Origin: Synergistota bacterium
GTDB taxonomy: Bacteria; Synergistota; GBS-1
Direction: 5' to 3'
NCBI GenBank assembly: GCA_025060595.1
Contig: JANXBX010000006.1
Coordinates: forward strand, 65,657-129,656
Length of the DNA: 64,000 nucleotides
Program-made: the position numbers and the translations under genes
Notes under the pieces: model-generated
Databases searched by the model: none
Told to the model about the DNA's origin: nothing
What the model saw: the letters and a program-made list of their open reading frames with translations, nothing else
Shown here: piece by piece, positions 30,647-38,694 of the stretch
Numbering within the stretch: the first letter of the stretch is position 1
Layout of the letters: every line of letters starts with the position of its first letter

Positions 30647-31657
30647 TTATTTAGGCCTCTTTATGCCGAAATCCTCTGGTGACTTCTTAGCAACGCCAGC
30701 ATCGTAAAGAAGCCAGGCGGCCTTAGCCGTCCAGTTTTTAACATACTCATAAGCATAAGGACCAGAGTAATCCAAAGGCACCAGGAAGAATTTCTTGCAA
30801 TACTCAAGCCATCTTGGGTCTTTCGCAGCTTCATCCATAGCCTTCGTTAAGACCTCTACAACCTCTTGTGGAACACCTCTTGGGGCAAAGAGCCCAAAGT
30901 AAGGACCATAAGGCAAATGCTTAGCAAGAGATGGGAAAGCCTTACCCATAGGAGTAACGTCCAAGCCTGGGACAGGTTCGTTAGTGAAGGAAGCCAATAT
31001 CTTTATCATCTTACTCTGGTGAGCTTCGATCATCTGCTGAACCATCTCTATAGTAGAATCAACATGGCCACCCATACAAGCAGTTACAGCTGGCTTTCCA
31101 CCCTGATAAGGAACAAAGGTGAATTTGCAACCAAGTTCCTTCTCCAAAAGAAGTCCACAAACATGAGGAACAGTAGCCGGACCAGCGGTACTCAACTTAA
31201 GCTTTCCAGGATTCTCTTTAGCATACTTTATAAACTCCTCTACGGTATTAAAGGGAGAATTAGGAGGAACAGCTACCACAGGAATAGCTTCAGCTACAAG
31301 TCTAATTGGGATAAAATCTATGTAAGGACTTAACTCGGCTGTTCCCATAACCTGCCAAGTAGACATCGCTTCAGAACCAAACATTAAGGTATAACCATCC
31401 TTTGGACGAGACATAACCTGTGAAGCAGCTATAGCGCTTGCAGCTCCAGGGACATTCGTAATCCCGATTCCAACACCAAGCTTCTCCTGAAGTATGGGGA
31501 GTATACCACGAGCAATAACATCAGTAGCACCACCCGCAGGGAAACCAACAAAGACAGTAATAGGTTTTTCAGGATACTTCGCATAAGAGCTCGTAACAAA
31601 GCCCAAAGCCAAAACCACCATCAAGGCCACCAAACCTAATACCACTACCTTACGCAT
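30647..31657 (-). CDS. tctC: TctC/Bug family periplasmic solute-binding protein
   Basis: Signal peptide, YPEKPIT, PAGGATD, DGYTL, VPYQGG. Confidence 0.9.
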   Translation of the reverse strand: MRKVVVLGLVALMVVLALGFVTSSYAKYPEKPITVFVGFPAGGATDVIARGILPILQEKLGVGIGITNVPGAASAIAASQVMSRPKDGYTLMFGSEAMSTWQVMGTAELSPYIDFIPIRLVAEAIPVVAVPPNSPFNTVEEFIKYAKENPGKLKLSTAGPATVPHVCGLLLEKELGCKFTFVPYQGGKPAVTACMGGHVDSTIEMVQQMIEAHQSKMIKILASFTNEPVPGLDVTPMGKAFPSLAKHLPYGPYFGLFAPRGVPQEVVEVLTKAMDEAAKDPRWLEYCKKFFLVPLDYSGPYAYEYVKNWTAKAAWLLYDAGVAKKSPEDFGIKRPK

Positions 31658-31734
31658 GAAATGCCACCCCCTTCTTTATTTTTAAGATTTAGACAATGAA
31701 AAGCTTTCCCTCCCTCTCCCTCTATCACCCCCTT

Positions 31735-32496
31735 TTATATGTACATGCGTTGAGGATCGATCTTTTTCCTAAGAAGATCAATTTCCTCGGCAGTAGGCTC
31801 ATCAGTAGTTTTAACTCCGCTCGATAAATCTAAAGCGACTCCTGTATTTTGAATAACATCTTCAGGCTTTACACCAGGATGAATAGAGAGAACCTTAATA
31901 GCCTTGGTCTTCTCATCAAAACCAAAGACACATAGGTTTGTTATTATTTTTACATCCTCAGGTACAGGAAGCCCCTCCTCCTTCCTGCTATCATAGCCCC
32001 TTAGATATCCTACGCTCGTTAGATAATCTAAGCTATCCACTATCTTTCTCTTCTCGTGCCTCATCATTATAAGAAGCCTCCTAGCCATTGTAGCCATATC
32101 TGCAGCTCCACCGCTACCATTTATATGCCTTGTACCTTTCTCCGTTTTAACAAGCGTGCTGTTTATATTCCCATATTTATCAACCTGAAGCCCTCCCAAA
32201 AACCCAACATCTATCAGGCCCTTCTGAAGAATAGCTCCCAGCGTACCGACGAAGCTTGTAAAGTGCTCAGCTTTATACCAAAGCCTTGGATCAGCAACTC
32301 CCACTCCCATCTCTTCAGCCTCAGGATTAATAACCCCTATTTCATAAATTATCGTTAAATTAGGAGCGTGAGTGTTTTGAGCAAGTAAAGCAGCTATCTG
32401 AGGCAAACCCAATCCTACAACTACATTCTCCCCATCCCTTAAAAGCCTTGCGGCCGTAACCGCCATTAACTCATTAGTTGTGTAAGGTAAAGACAC
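31735..32496 (-). CDS. Family I CoA-transferase beta subunit (glutaconate CoA-transferase-like)
   Basis: VGLGLP, YEIG (catalytic Glu position), GGLQVDKYGNIN, GSGGAAD. Confidence 0.85.
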   Translation of the reverse strand: MSLPYTTNELMAVTAARLLRDGENVVVGLGLPQIAALLAQNTHAPNLTIIYEIGVINPEAEEMGVGVADPRLWYKAEHFTSFVGTLGAILQKGLIDVGFLGGLQVDKYGNINSTLVKTEKGTRHINGSGGAADMATMARRLLIMMRHEKRKIVDSLDYLTSVGYLRGYDSRKEEGLPVPEDVKIITNLCVFGFDEKTKAIKVLSIHPGVKPEDVIQNTGVALDLSSGVKTTDEPTAEEIDLLRKKIDPQRMYI

Positions 32497-32509
32497 CTCA
32501 AATCACCCC

Positions 32510-33409
32510 TTAATAACCATATACTGGATCCGCCTTTATCTTATTCAATCGTCTAACGCCACCCACTTTTTCCAAAAATTCCTCAAAATCCTTAGTACCT
32601 AAAATGTACTCATCAACAAATTTCTTAAATTTTTCCCCGTCCTTACTAACCTCAGCATATTCTTCAAGCATCTCCTTGTCATAGTCATAGCACTTGTACA
32701 CAGCGTTAGGAAAAGCCCCAAAAGGTACCTCAGCAACAGCATGAACATAAACGCTGGGTATAATGACCTTTTCAGGATGTCTCTTAACAAACTCAGTTGA
32801 AACTACCTTTTCAACAGTAACGAATAACTTTTTCGCAGACTTTGCAGTCTCCACATCCCAATAAGGGCCTTCAATGATAACGTTACCCTTTTCATCGGCA
32901 TATTGAGCGTGAATAATCGCAAAATCCGGTTGAAGAGCCTTAAGATATACATACTTTTCACCATCAAAAGGAGATCTCTCAACCCTAACGGCGTCATCCT
33001 TTTTCTCAAGCAAGACTTTAAGCATTTCGGTTCCCAACAAGTATTTTGTAGGAATAAATGGTATACCCATAGATCCTGCTAAAAACCTCAAAGCCATACT
33101 TGTTCCACTATACTCCCTAACATCTATCAATTTTTTATCTATAGCCTCGTTAATTCTCTCAAGCCTCCCAAATCTATCAAGAGAACCAGCACTGTACTCG
33201 AGTCTCTTAACTAATCCCGCCCCAACAAGAAGATCTGTCTCCATACCGCCCACTATTTGGTATACAGTTAGATTCTTCTTACCCTGCCTTATAAGCTCAA
33301 AAACGAAGGCCACAGGATTCCTCGTTATAGCGAAACCACCTAGAGCTATATGAGCACCATCGGGAATCTCAGCTACGATATCCTTTAAAGCTCTCACCTT
33401 GCTGTTCAA
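32510..33409 (-). CDS. Family I CoA-transferase alpha subunit
   Basis: IALGGF, DLLVGAG, GIPFIP, HAQYADEKGN, VPFGAFP. Confidence 0.85.
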   Translation of the reverse strand: MNSKVRALKDIVAEIPDGAHIALGGFAITRNPVAFVFELIRQGKKNLTVYQIVGGMETDLLVGAGLVKRLEYSAGSLDRFGRLERINEAIDKKLIDVREYSGTSMALRFLAGSMGIPFIPTKYLLGTEMLKVLLEKKDDAVRVERSPFDGEKYVYLKALQPDFAIIHAQYADEKGNVIIEGPYWDVETAKSAKKLFVTVEKVVSTEFVKRHPEKVIIPSVYVHAVAEVPFGAFPNAVYKCYDYDKEMLEEYAEVSKDGEKFKKFVDEYILGTKDFEEFLEKVGGVRRLNKIKADPVYGY

Positions 33410-33424
33410 AACAGGTTCACCTCC

Positions 33425-33865
33425 TTAACTCTTAACGACCTCGGAGGTGCCCATCTTCGCAAGGGTTATCTTACAATCGCCATCTTCAACTTCAACAGGC
33501 AAAAGCTCAGGAGCAAGCCCACTATTAAGCTCCATAGAGTACATGAAAATATTAGCTATAGGACAGGAAAGAGGATTAATCTTAGAGCTTAAGAAAGCGT
33601 CTCTTACATTTTTCAAGCAACATCCCTTTATCTTCATCTTAAGAGTATAGTTATCCTCTTCAAATTCCACTTCACCACAGAACCCGCTTTCCTTCAACCA
33701 TTTCTTTATCGTCTCTCTATCCTTGATACCTTCACCAAGCTTATCCTTAGCGAAGGCAACACCAACTCTCGTAAGCCTATAACGAGCTCCCTTCCCACGT
33801 TCATTCCAAAACTCTTTCTGAACCTCAAAAACCAAATTCTCCATAAACTTTTCAAATAAACTCAT
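33425..33865 (-). CDS. Hypothetical protein, possibly a V4R-like ligand-binding fold
   Basis: ATG 33865 behind AAGGAGGT; Cys pattern GCC...SCPIAN...DCKI. Confidence 0.6.
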   Translation of the reverse strand: MSLFEKFMENLVFEVQKEFWNERGKGARYRLTRVGVAFAKDKLGEGIKDRETIKKWLKESGFCGEVEFEEDNYTLKMKIKGCCLKNVRDAFLSSKINPLSCPIANIFMYSMELNSGLAPELLPVEVEDGDCKITLAKMGTSEVVKS

Positions 33866-33885
33866 TCGATTTACCTCCTTTCGAA

Positions 33886-34545
33886 TCACTCGGAGTAGTA
33901 AGGCTTACCAAACTTCTCGCTAAAAACTATGTCCTTAAGAGCTAACCTTGGTCGAGGATTGGGCATTCTTGCAGGCTTACCTATAGATATTATGCTTATT
34001 ACCTTATAGTCCTCCGGTATCTCAAAATAGGTCCTTACCTTCTCTTCATCCCTCACATCTATGCAAGGAGCAATAACCCAACAGGCTCCCAAGCCCAGAC
34101 TTGCAACCGCAAGAAGGATATTCTCTATAGCCGCAGAGGTATCGTAAGGAAGATCCCAAACATCCTTTCTACCTATGACCATAAGTATCAAATCTCCTTG
34201 ACTTACGAACCCAGATACATCACCAGATGTAAGCTTCTTAAAAGCAGCTAATTTCTTCTGTTCATCCTGAAGCCCTTTGAATCTCTCTTGCATGTGCTTA
34301 CTTAAAAATTCACCCGTAAACCTTCTTCCACTTGCCTTCTTTGACACATCTGCCAAGAACTTTTTCCCTTCCTCATCCCTAACGATTATGAACCTCCAAG
34401 GCTGAGCATTTTCACCAGAAGGTGCCCAACGGGCGCATTCCAATATAAACCTTAAATCTTCTTCAGATACTTTTTCCGGAGTATAATCCCTTACACTTCT
34501 TCTCTCGTAAACCACTTGAAAAAACGTATCTTTTCTTGAATCCAC
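33886..34545 (-). CDS. Nitroreductase family flavoprotein
   Basis: RRSVR, APSGENAQPWRF, GLGACW, RPRL. Confidence 0.9.
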   Translation of the reverse strand: MDSRKDTFFQVVYERRSVRDYTPEKVSEEDLRFILECARWAPSGENAQPWRFIIVRDEEGKKFLADVSKKASGRRFTGEFLSKHMQERFKGLQDEQKKLAAFKKLTSGDVSGFVSQGDLILMVIGRKDVWDLPYDTSAAIENILLAVASLGLGACWVIAPCIDVRDEEKVRTYFEIPEDYKVISIISIGKPARMPNPRPRLALKDIVFSEKFGKPYYSE

Positions 34546-34586
34546 AATCGCTCCCTCCTTGCCTAAATTTTATGGCAGGGTTACCC

Positions 34587-35546
34587 CTAAAAGCGAGGTA
34601 ACCCCAAGGAATAAAGGCTTTTTCCACCTCTACGAGGCCCTTTCAACAATGCCTCAACTTCCTTCTCATCTCTTTCTGTTAAGTACTTAGCGTCAGGAAG
34701 CTTGCCAGGCGGGAATCTCTCCAATATATCGTTGTGAAGCTTAATAAGATAATCTATAATCTTGTCCACAGCGTTATAAGCCTTTTCAGCTCTGGCTAAA
34801 GATGGCTTTCCGATAACCCCCTGAGGATAAACCATAAGCTCCAAACCACCCATACCCACTTGAGCATGACCAGGTATGGGATATTGATATATATCCCCAC
34901 CTTTATCTACATGCCCCTCGGGCATAAATCCCCACGGCTCAGAGTCCTCCATATGCTCAGGCTCGTTCATCTCGGGAAAGAGAGCTAAAGATATAGAGGC
35001 TTCAACCTCATCTGCATGCCTAAAGGGGGTGTCCCATGGCCCACCGTGAGCTTTATCTTTAAGCTCATTTGCTACAACCGTTGGCCAGTTAACCATACAT
35101 ATTATCGCAGGAACTTGATATTGCTTCCAGAAAGCTTGTATAGCAAGAGGAATAACATACTCTTGACCATGACCATTAAGAAGGATTTGCTTTCTAAAAC
35201 CCGCGTTCCAGTAACCAGCTATAACTGACATAAGATAGGGAATAAACACCTCATCGGGAACAATGACAGTACCAGGCTGACCTACCTGATTCCATGGGTG
35301 AGAGCCAAACCAAATAGGCTGTGATACAGTACAACCCGTTTCCTTCGCAACAGTTTCAGCGATCCTTGTAACTATAAAAGTATCCTCTCCAAAACACTGT
35401 CCCTTACCGTGATTTTCCGTACAGCCTACAGGAATTATTATGATATCGTTCTTCTTAAGTCTTTCCTCTACCTGACGCCAGGTCATATTTTGAAAGTATA
35501 TACCATCAGCTTTATCCATGGAGCCTGTAGAGTATTTATATCTCAT
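34587..35546 (-). CDS. Creatininase-superfamily hydrolase, IolN (3-dehydro-scyllo-inosose hydrolase)-like
   Basis: GCTENHG, EDTF, NGHGQE, HADEVE; resembles my recollection of Thermotoga IolN (GxYFQxMT, AGxWNxGFRKQI); ATG 35546 behind GGAGGT. Confidence 0.75.
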   Translation of the reverse strand: MRYKYSTGSMDKADGIYFQNMTWRQVEERLKKNDIIIIPVGCTENHGKGQCFGEDTFIVTRIAETVAKETGCTVSQPIWFGSHPWNQVGQPGTVIVPDEVFIPYLMSVIAGYWNAGFRKQILLNGHGQEYVIPLAIQAFWKQYQVPAIICMVNWPTVVANELKDKAHGGPWDTPFRHADEVEASISLALFPEMNEPEHMEDSEPWGFMPEGHVDKGGDIYQYPIPGHAQVGMGGLELMVYPQGVIGKPSLARAEKAYNAVDKIIDYLIKLHNDILERFPPGKLPDAKYLTERDEKEVEALLKGPRRGGKSLYSLGLPRF

Positions 35547-35595
35547 AAACTGCACCTCCTCCCCTTATAGAAACACCATACCAAGCGTGACAAAA

Positions 35596-35630
35596 CCCAT
35601 ACGGATTTACTTATTCTACCCGTATGGGCC
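35596..35630 (-). repeat. Stem-loop sharing its stem sequence with 28353-28381
   Basis: Minus strand GGCCCATACGGGTA...TCCGTATGGG-TTTT. Confidence 0.6.
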
Positions 35631-35637
35631 TTTGAAA

Positions 35638-36006
35638 TTACTTCGCTAAGTGTTCAGGAAGCGGTGGAGAATAAGCCCAGACAAGCTTTATAGGCTCATC
35701 TCCCGTATTAATTATCTCGTGCTTTACCCCACACGGAGCAAATATAGCTGTTCCTGGTGTAAGCTCGTACTCACCGTAACCCTCGACTATAAGCTTTCCT
35801 CTACCAGAGATAATAAACATCGCTTCCTCATGACCCTCATGACAATGGGCAGGAATCCTACTTCCCACCTCTGTAACATTTACCCCCATAGAAATCTTAG
35901 TAGCTCCTACAGTCTTATTACATATAAGAACCTTAGAGACCCTAGGAGGAACCCTCTTTACTCCTTCAACTTCACTTTCATGAACAGTGAATTTAGCCAT
36001 CTTCAT
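35638..36006 (-). CDS. Cupin-2 domain protein
   Basis: HxHxxxEE motif (HCHEGHEE), PCGVKH. Confidence 0.85.
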   Translation of the reverse strand: MKMAKFTVHESEVEGVKRVPPRVSKVLICNKTVGATKISMGVNVTEVGSRIPAHCHEGHEEAMFIISGRGKLIVEGYGEYELTPGTAIFAPCGVKHEIINTGDEPIKLVWAYSPPLPEHLAK

Positions 36007-36028
36007 CTACCCCTTTCCTCTAGAAGTT

Positions 36029-36253
36029 TTAACCTCCAAGATATACGGGAAAAATCTCTACCTTATCCCCATCTTTTAAAAGGTAATCTATATCTTGCCA
36101 TTTACCGTTCACGGTAACTATTCCCACTTGATCCACAGGAACTCCCATATTCACAAGCAAATCTCCTATCTTAAGGCCATTTTTAACCTCTATTTCCCTT
36201 TCCTCAGCCCTGGCATACTTTTTAAGATAAAGGTGAAACCTTACTTTTACCAT
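36029..36253 (-). CDS. MoaD/ThiS family sulfur carrier
   Basis: VNG, LKDGDKVEIFP, C-terminal GG. Confidence 0.9.
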   Translation of the reverse strand: MVKVRFHLYLKKYARAEEREIEVKNGLKIGDLLVNMGVPVDQVGIVTVNGKWQDIDYLLKDGDKVEIFPVYLGG

Positions 36254-36256
36254 ATC

Positions 36257-37960
36257 TTAAACTATAGCCTTTTTCATCTCCTCTTCAGGAACATCAAAAA
36301 CAGCGTTTGTTGGAGGAAGCGGCTCCTTATAGAAGAACTCAGCAAGTCTATCATGAGCCGGGCTTATTCCGGCTCTCACATTAAACTCCCTCTCTACCTT
36401 GAGAGTCTCGATTCCCATCTCCCATACCTGATCGACAGTAAACTTAACCCCATAACGATAATAAAGCATATCAGCAAGCAATTGAGGCTCCTTAAGAAGA
36501 GGCGGTCTAGCAAATATACAGAAACCAAGACACTCTAAGGTTGTGATTTTTATCTGAAGGTTTCTTGAAAGCTCCCCCTGCTTTTCTCTACTTAACGGAT
36601 TAACTTCATTCCTCGAACCAAAAGCGTTACCCGCAGTATGGTCAGCACCCATAGGTGATGTAGCGTAAAGCACGCCATTTCCTTTTAAAGCCCTTGGATC
36701 ATATCCAGGAATACCTTGCCCTTTTGCAACAGGCACTCTGTAGACACCTAAAACCTTCCCTGTTATTTCAACGCCATTACCCAAAACCCTACCTAGAACG
36801 GATCCTTTCCTTATCTCATCAAGGAGAACCATACAGCTTTTCTCATCACCAAACTTAGCTAAACCAGCATCTATTGCAACACCTAAAACGCCACCTATCT
36901 CTATCGTATCCATTCCGATATCGTTTATCTCCCTATTTAACCTTGCAACGGAGTCCAAATTATCAAAACCAAGATTTGAACCTACAAGAGCTATAGTCTC
37001 ATACTGTAATGTGGAAACTATCTTCTTACCACGCTCATCCGGATAGATGTTACCGCACATTATCATGCAACCAGGCATACAAGTAACACCAGTTCTACCC
37101 TCTCCGCCTCTCTTCACAACCGTTTCATAAAGAACCTCCCCACTTAAGTTCTTAGCATATTCAAAAGCACCATATCTAAAGTTCATCGTTGGAAGAGCAC
37201 CAATAGCATTTACAGCATTGACTATCTGAGCGGTTCCATATTTTTTATAAGCATCACCCGTCTTAGGATCCTCTAAAAGCGCTCTATTTATCTTCTTCGC
37301 AACCTCTAAAAAGGCATCCTTATCGTAATAAGAAACGCTTTCCTTAGAGGGCTTAACTACTATTGCTTTAATACCCTTACTCCCCATAACAGCGCCAACT
37401 CCACCCCTAGCGGCAAACTTAAGCTCCCCATTAGGATCACTCAAGGCAATAGATGCAGATCTTAACCTCATCTCCCCAGCAGGTCCAATACAGATTATCG
37501 CTACATCTTTGCCATACCTAGAATAAAGCCTTTCAACCGTAGCATAAGTTCCTAAACCCCTAAGATCGTTGGCAGACAACAGCTTGACATTATTCCCATC
37601 TATTTCCAGAAGATATAACTCCTCATCCTTAGGCAATCCTTCAATAATCAAAGCCTTTATGCCAGCCCTCGACAAGTATGTGCCGGCTAAACCTCCACTA
37701 TTAGCCTCCTTTATGCCATTCGTAAGGGGGCTTTTACAACCAACAGATATCCTACTTACGCTTGAAACTGCCGTACCACCCAATAAACCAGGAGCGATCA
37801 CAAGCTTATTAAACTCACCTAGAGGATCACAGGTAGCATCAACTTCGTCTAAAACAATTCTTGAAGTAAGCCCTCTTCCACCTAAAAATTTATAATCTTC
37901 CTTAACAGCTCCCACTCTTATCTCCTTAGTTCCAACATCCACCCTAATTATTTTGTCCAT
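36257..37960 (-). CDS. Aldehyde:ferredoxin oxidoreductase family (W/Mo) enzyme
   Basis: GGRGL, KSPLT, EANSGG, IGPAGE, ARGGVGAVMGSKG, CxxxCxxxC, GMDTI, YDPR. Confidence 0.9.
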   Translation of the reverse strand: MDKIIRVDVGTKEIRVGAVKEDYKFLGGRGLTSRIVLDEVDATCDPLGEFNKLVIAPGLLGGTAVSSVSRISVGCKSPLTNGIKEANSGGLAGTYLSRAGIKALIIEGLPKDEELYLLEIDGNNVKLLSANDLRGLGTYATVERLYSRYGKDVAIICIGPAGEMRLRSASIALSDPNGELKFAARGGVGAVMGSKGIKAIVVKPSKESVSYYDKDAFLEVAKKINRALLEDPKTGDAYKKYGTAQIVNAVNAIGALPTMNFRYGAFEYAKNLSGEVLYETVVKRGGEGRTGVTCMPGCMIMCGNIYPDERGKKIVSTLQYETIALVGSNLGFDNLDSVARLNREINDIGMDTIEIGGVLGVAIDAGLAKFGDEKSCMVLLDEIRKGSVLGRVLGNGVEITGKVLGVYRVPVAKGQGIPGYDPRALKGNGVLYATSPMGADHTAGNAFGSRNEVNPLSREKQGELSRNLQIKITTLECLGFCIFARPPLLKEPQLLADMLYYRYGVKFTVDQVWEMGIETLKVEREFNVRAGISPAHDRLAEFFYKEPLPPTNAVFDVPEEEMKKAIV

Positions 37961-38036
37961 TCTTTTAATCCCCCCTTACTCAACCTAAGTGTGCCTGTTG
38001 AGAGCTTCATATCATCCGCGATTACTTGTCAATTTA

Positions 38037-38065
38037 AAGTTAACATATTTTGGTTTCAATGTCAA
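38037..38065 (-). promoter_or_regulatory. sigma70 promoter of the AOR operon
   Basis: TTGACA-17 bp-TAACTT with extended TG. Confidence 0.55.
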
Positions 38066-38191
38066 GCTATCATTTAGATCAAAGTATTGATATTCATTAT
38101 GAACATTTTTGTTCTCATGATTTATTATATTTAATGTTCTCTATAAAGCAACTCAGTTTCATAAAAAGTAAAACAATCTCTCAAAGCTTTC

Positions 38192-38200
38192 TGATATAAT
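38192..38200 (+). promoter_or_regulatory. Extended -10 promoter giving a leaderless transcript
   Basis: TGaTATAAT 7 nt before ATG 38208; no SD. Confidence 0.6.
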
Positions 38201-38207
38201 CATTCTT

Positions 38208-38681
38208 ATGAGGAAAGGGCTAACGCTAATAGAGCTTCTTATAGCCTTAGCTATAGCAGCATTAATAGGTGGAACTCTCCTAGGGCTACTTATGGGGGCT
38301 ACAAGAAGCAGAGAGTTTTCAGAAAATGTCGCTTTAGAAAACCAGATAGTAAGGGGAATTTTAGAACTACTTTACTCCGATCTAAGAGCGTCTTTTCAAA
38401 TTAAGACGGGTTTAAACTTTGTAGGAGAAAAGACGAGGCTATCTTTCCTAAAAGCTGGAAGAAACGGATTAGAAAAGGTCGACTACGAACTAAAGGATGG
38501 AAAGCTTTTAAGAAATAATGAGGTTTTGTTGGAAGATGGTAGTTTTGGCATATCTTTTAAATTCATCAAGGATAAGAAATATATGGAGGTTTGGGAAGTT
38601 CAGGGAGATAAACCTGATGCAGTCGAAGTCGAGATAAAATATAGGGGAGCAAGTTATAAGAGGCTTATCTTAACCTATTAA
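38208..38681 (+). CDS. Prepilin-type (GspJ/PulJ-like) pseudopilin
   Basis: MRKG|LTLIELL N-methylation/cleavage motif followed by a hydrophobic helix. Confidence 0.8.
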   Translation: MRKGLTLIELLIALAIAALIGGTLLGLLMGATRSREFSENVALENQIVRGILELLYSDLRASFQIKTGLNFVGEKTRLSFLKAGRNGLEKVDYELKDGKLLRNNEVLLEDGSFGISFKFIKDKKYMEVWEVQGDKPDAVEVEIKYRGASYKRLILTY

Positions 38682-38694
38682 GGAGGGGATATAT

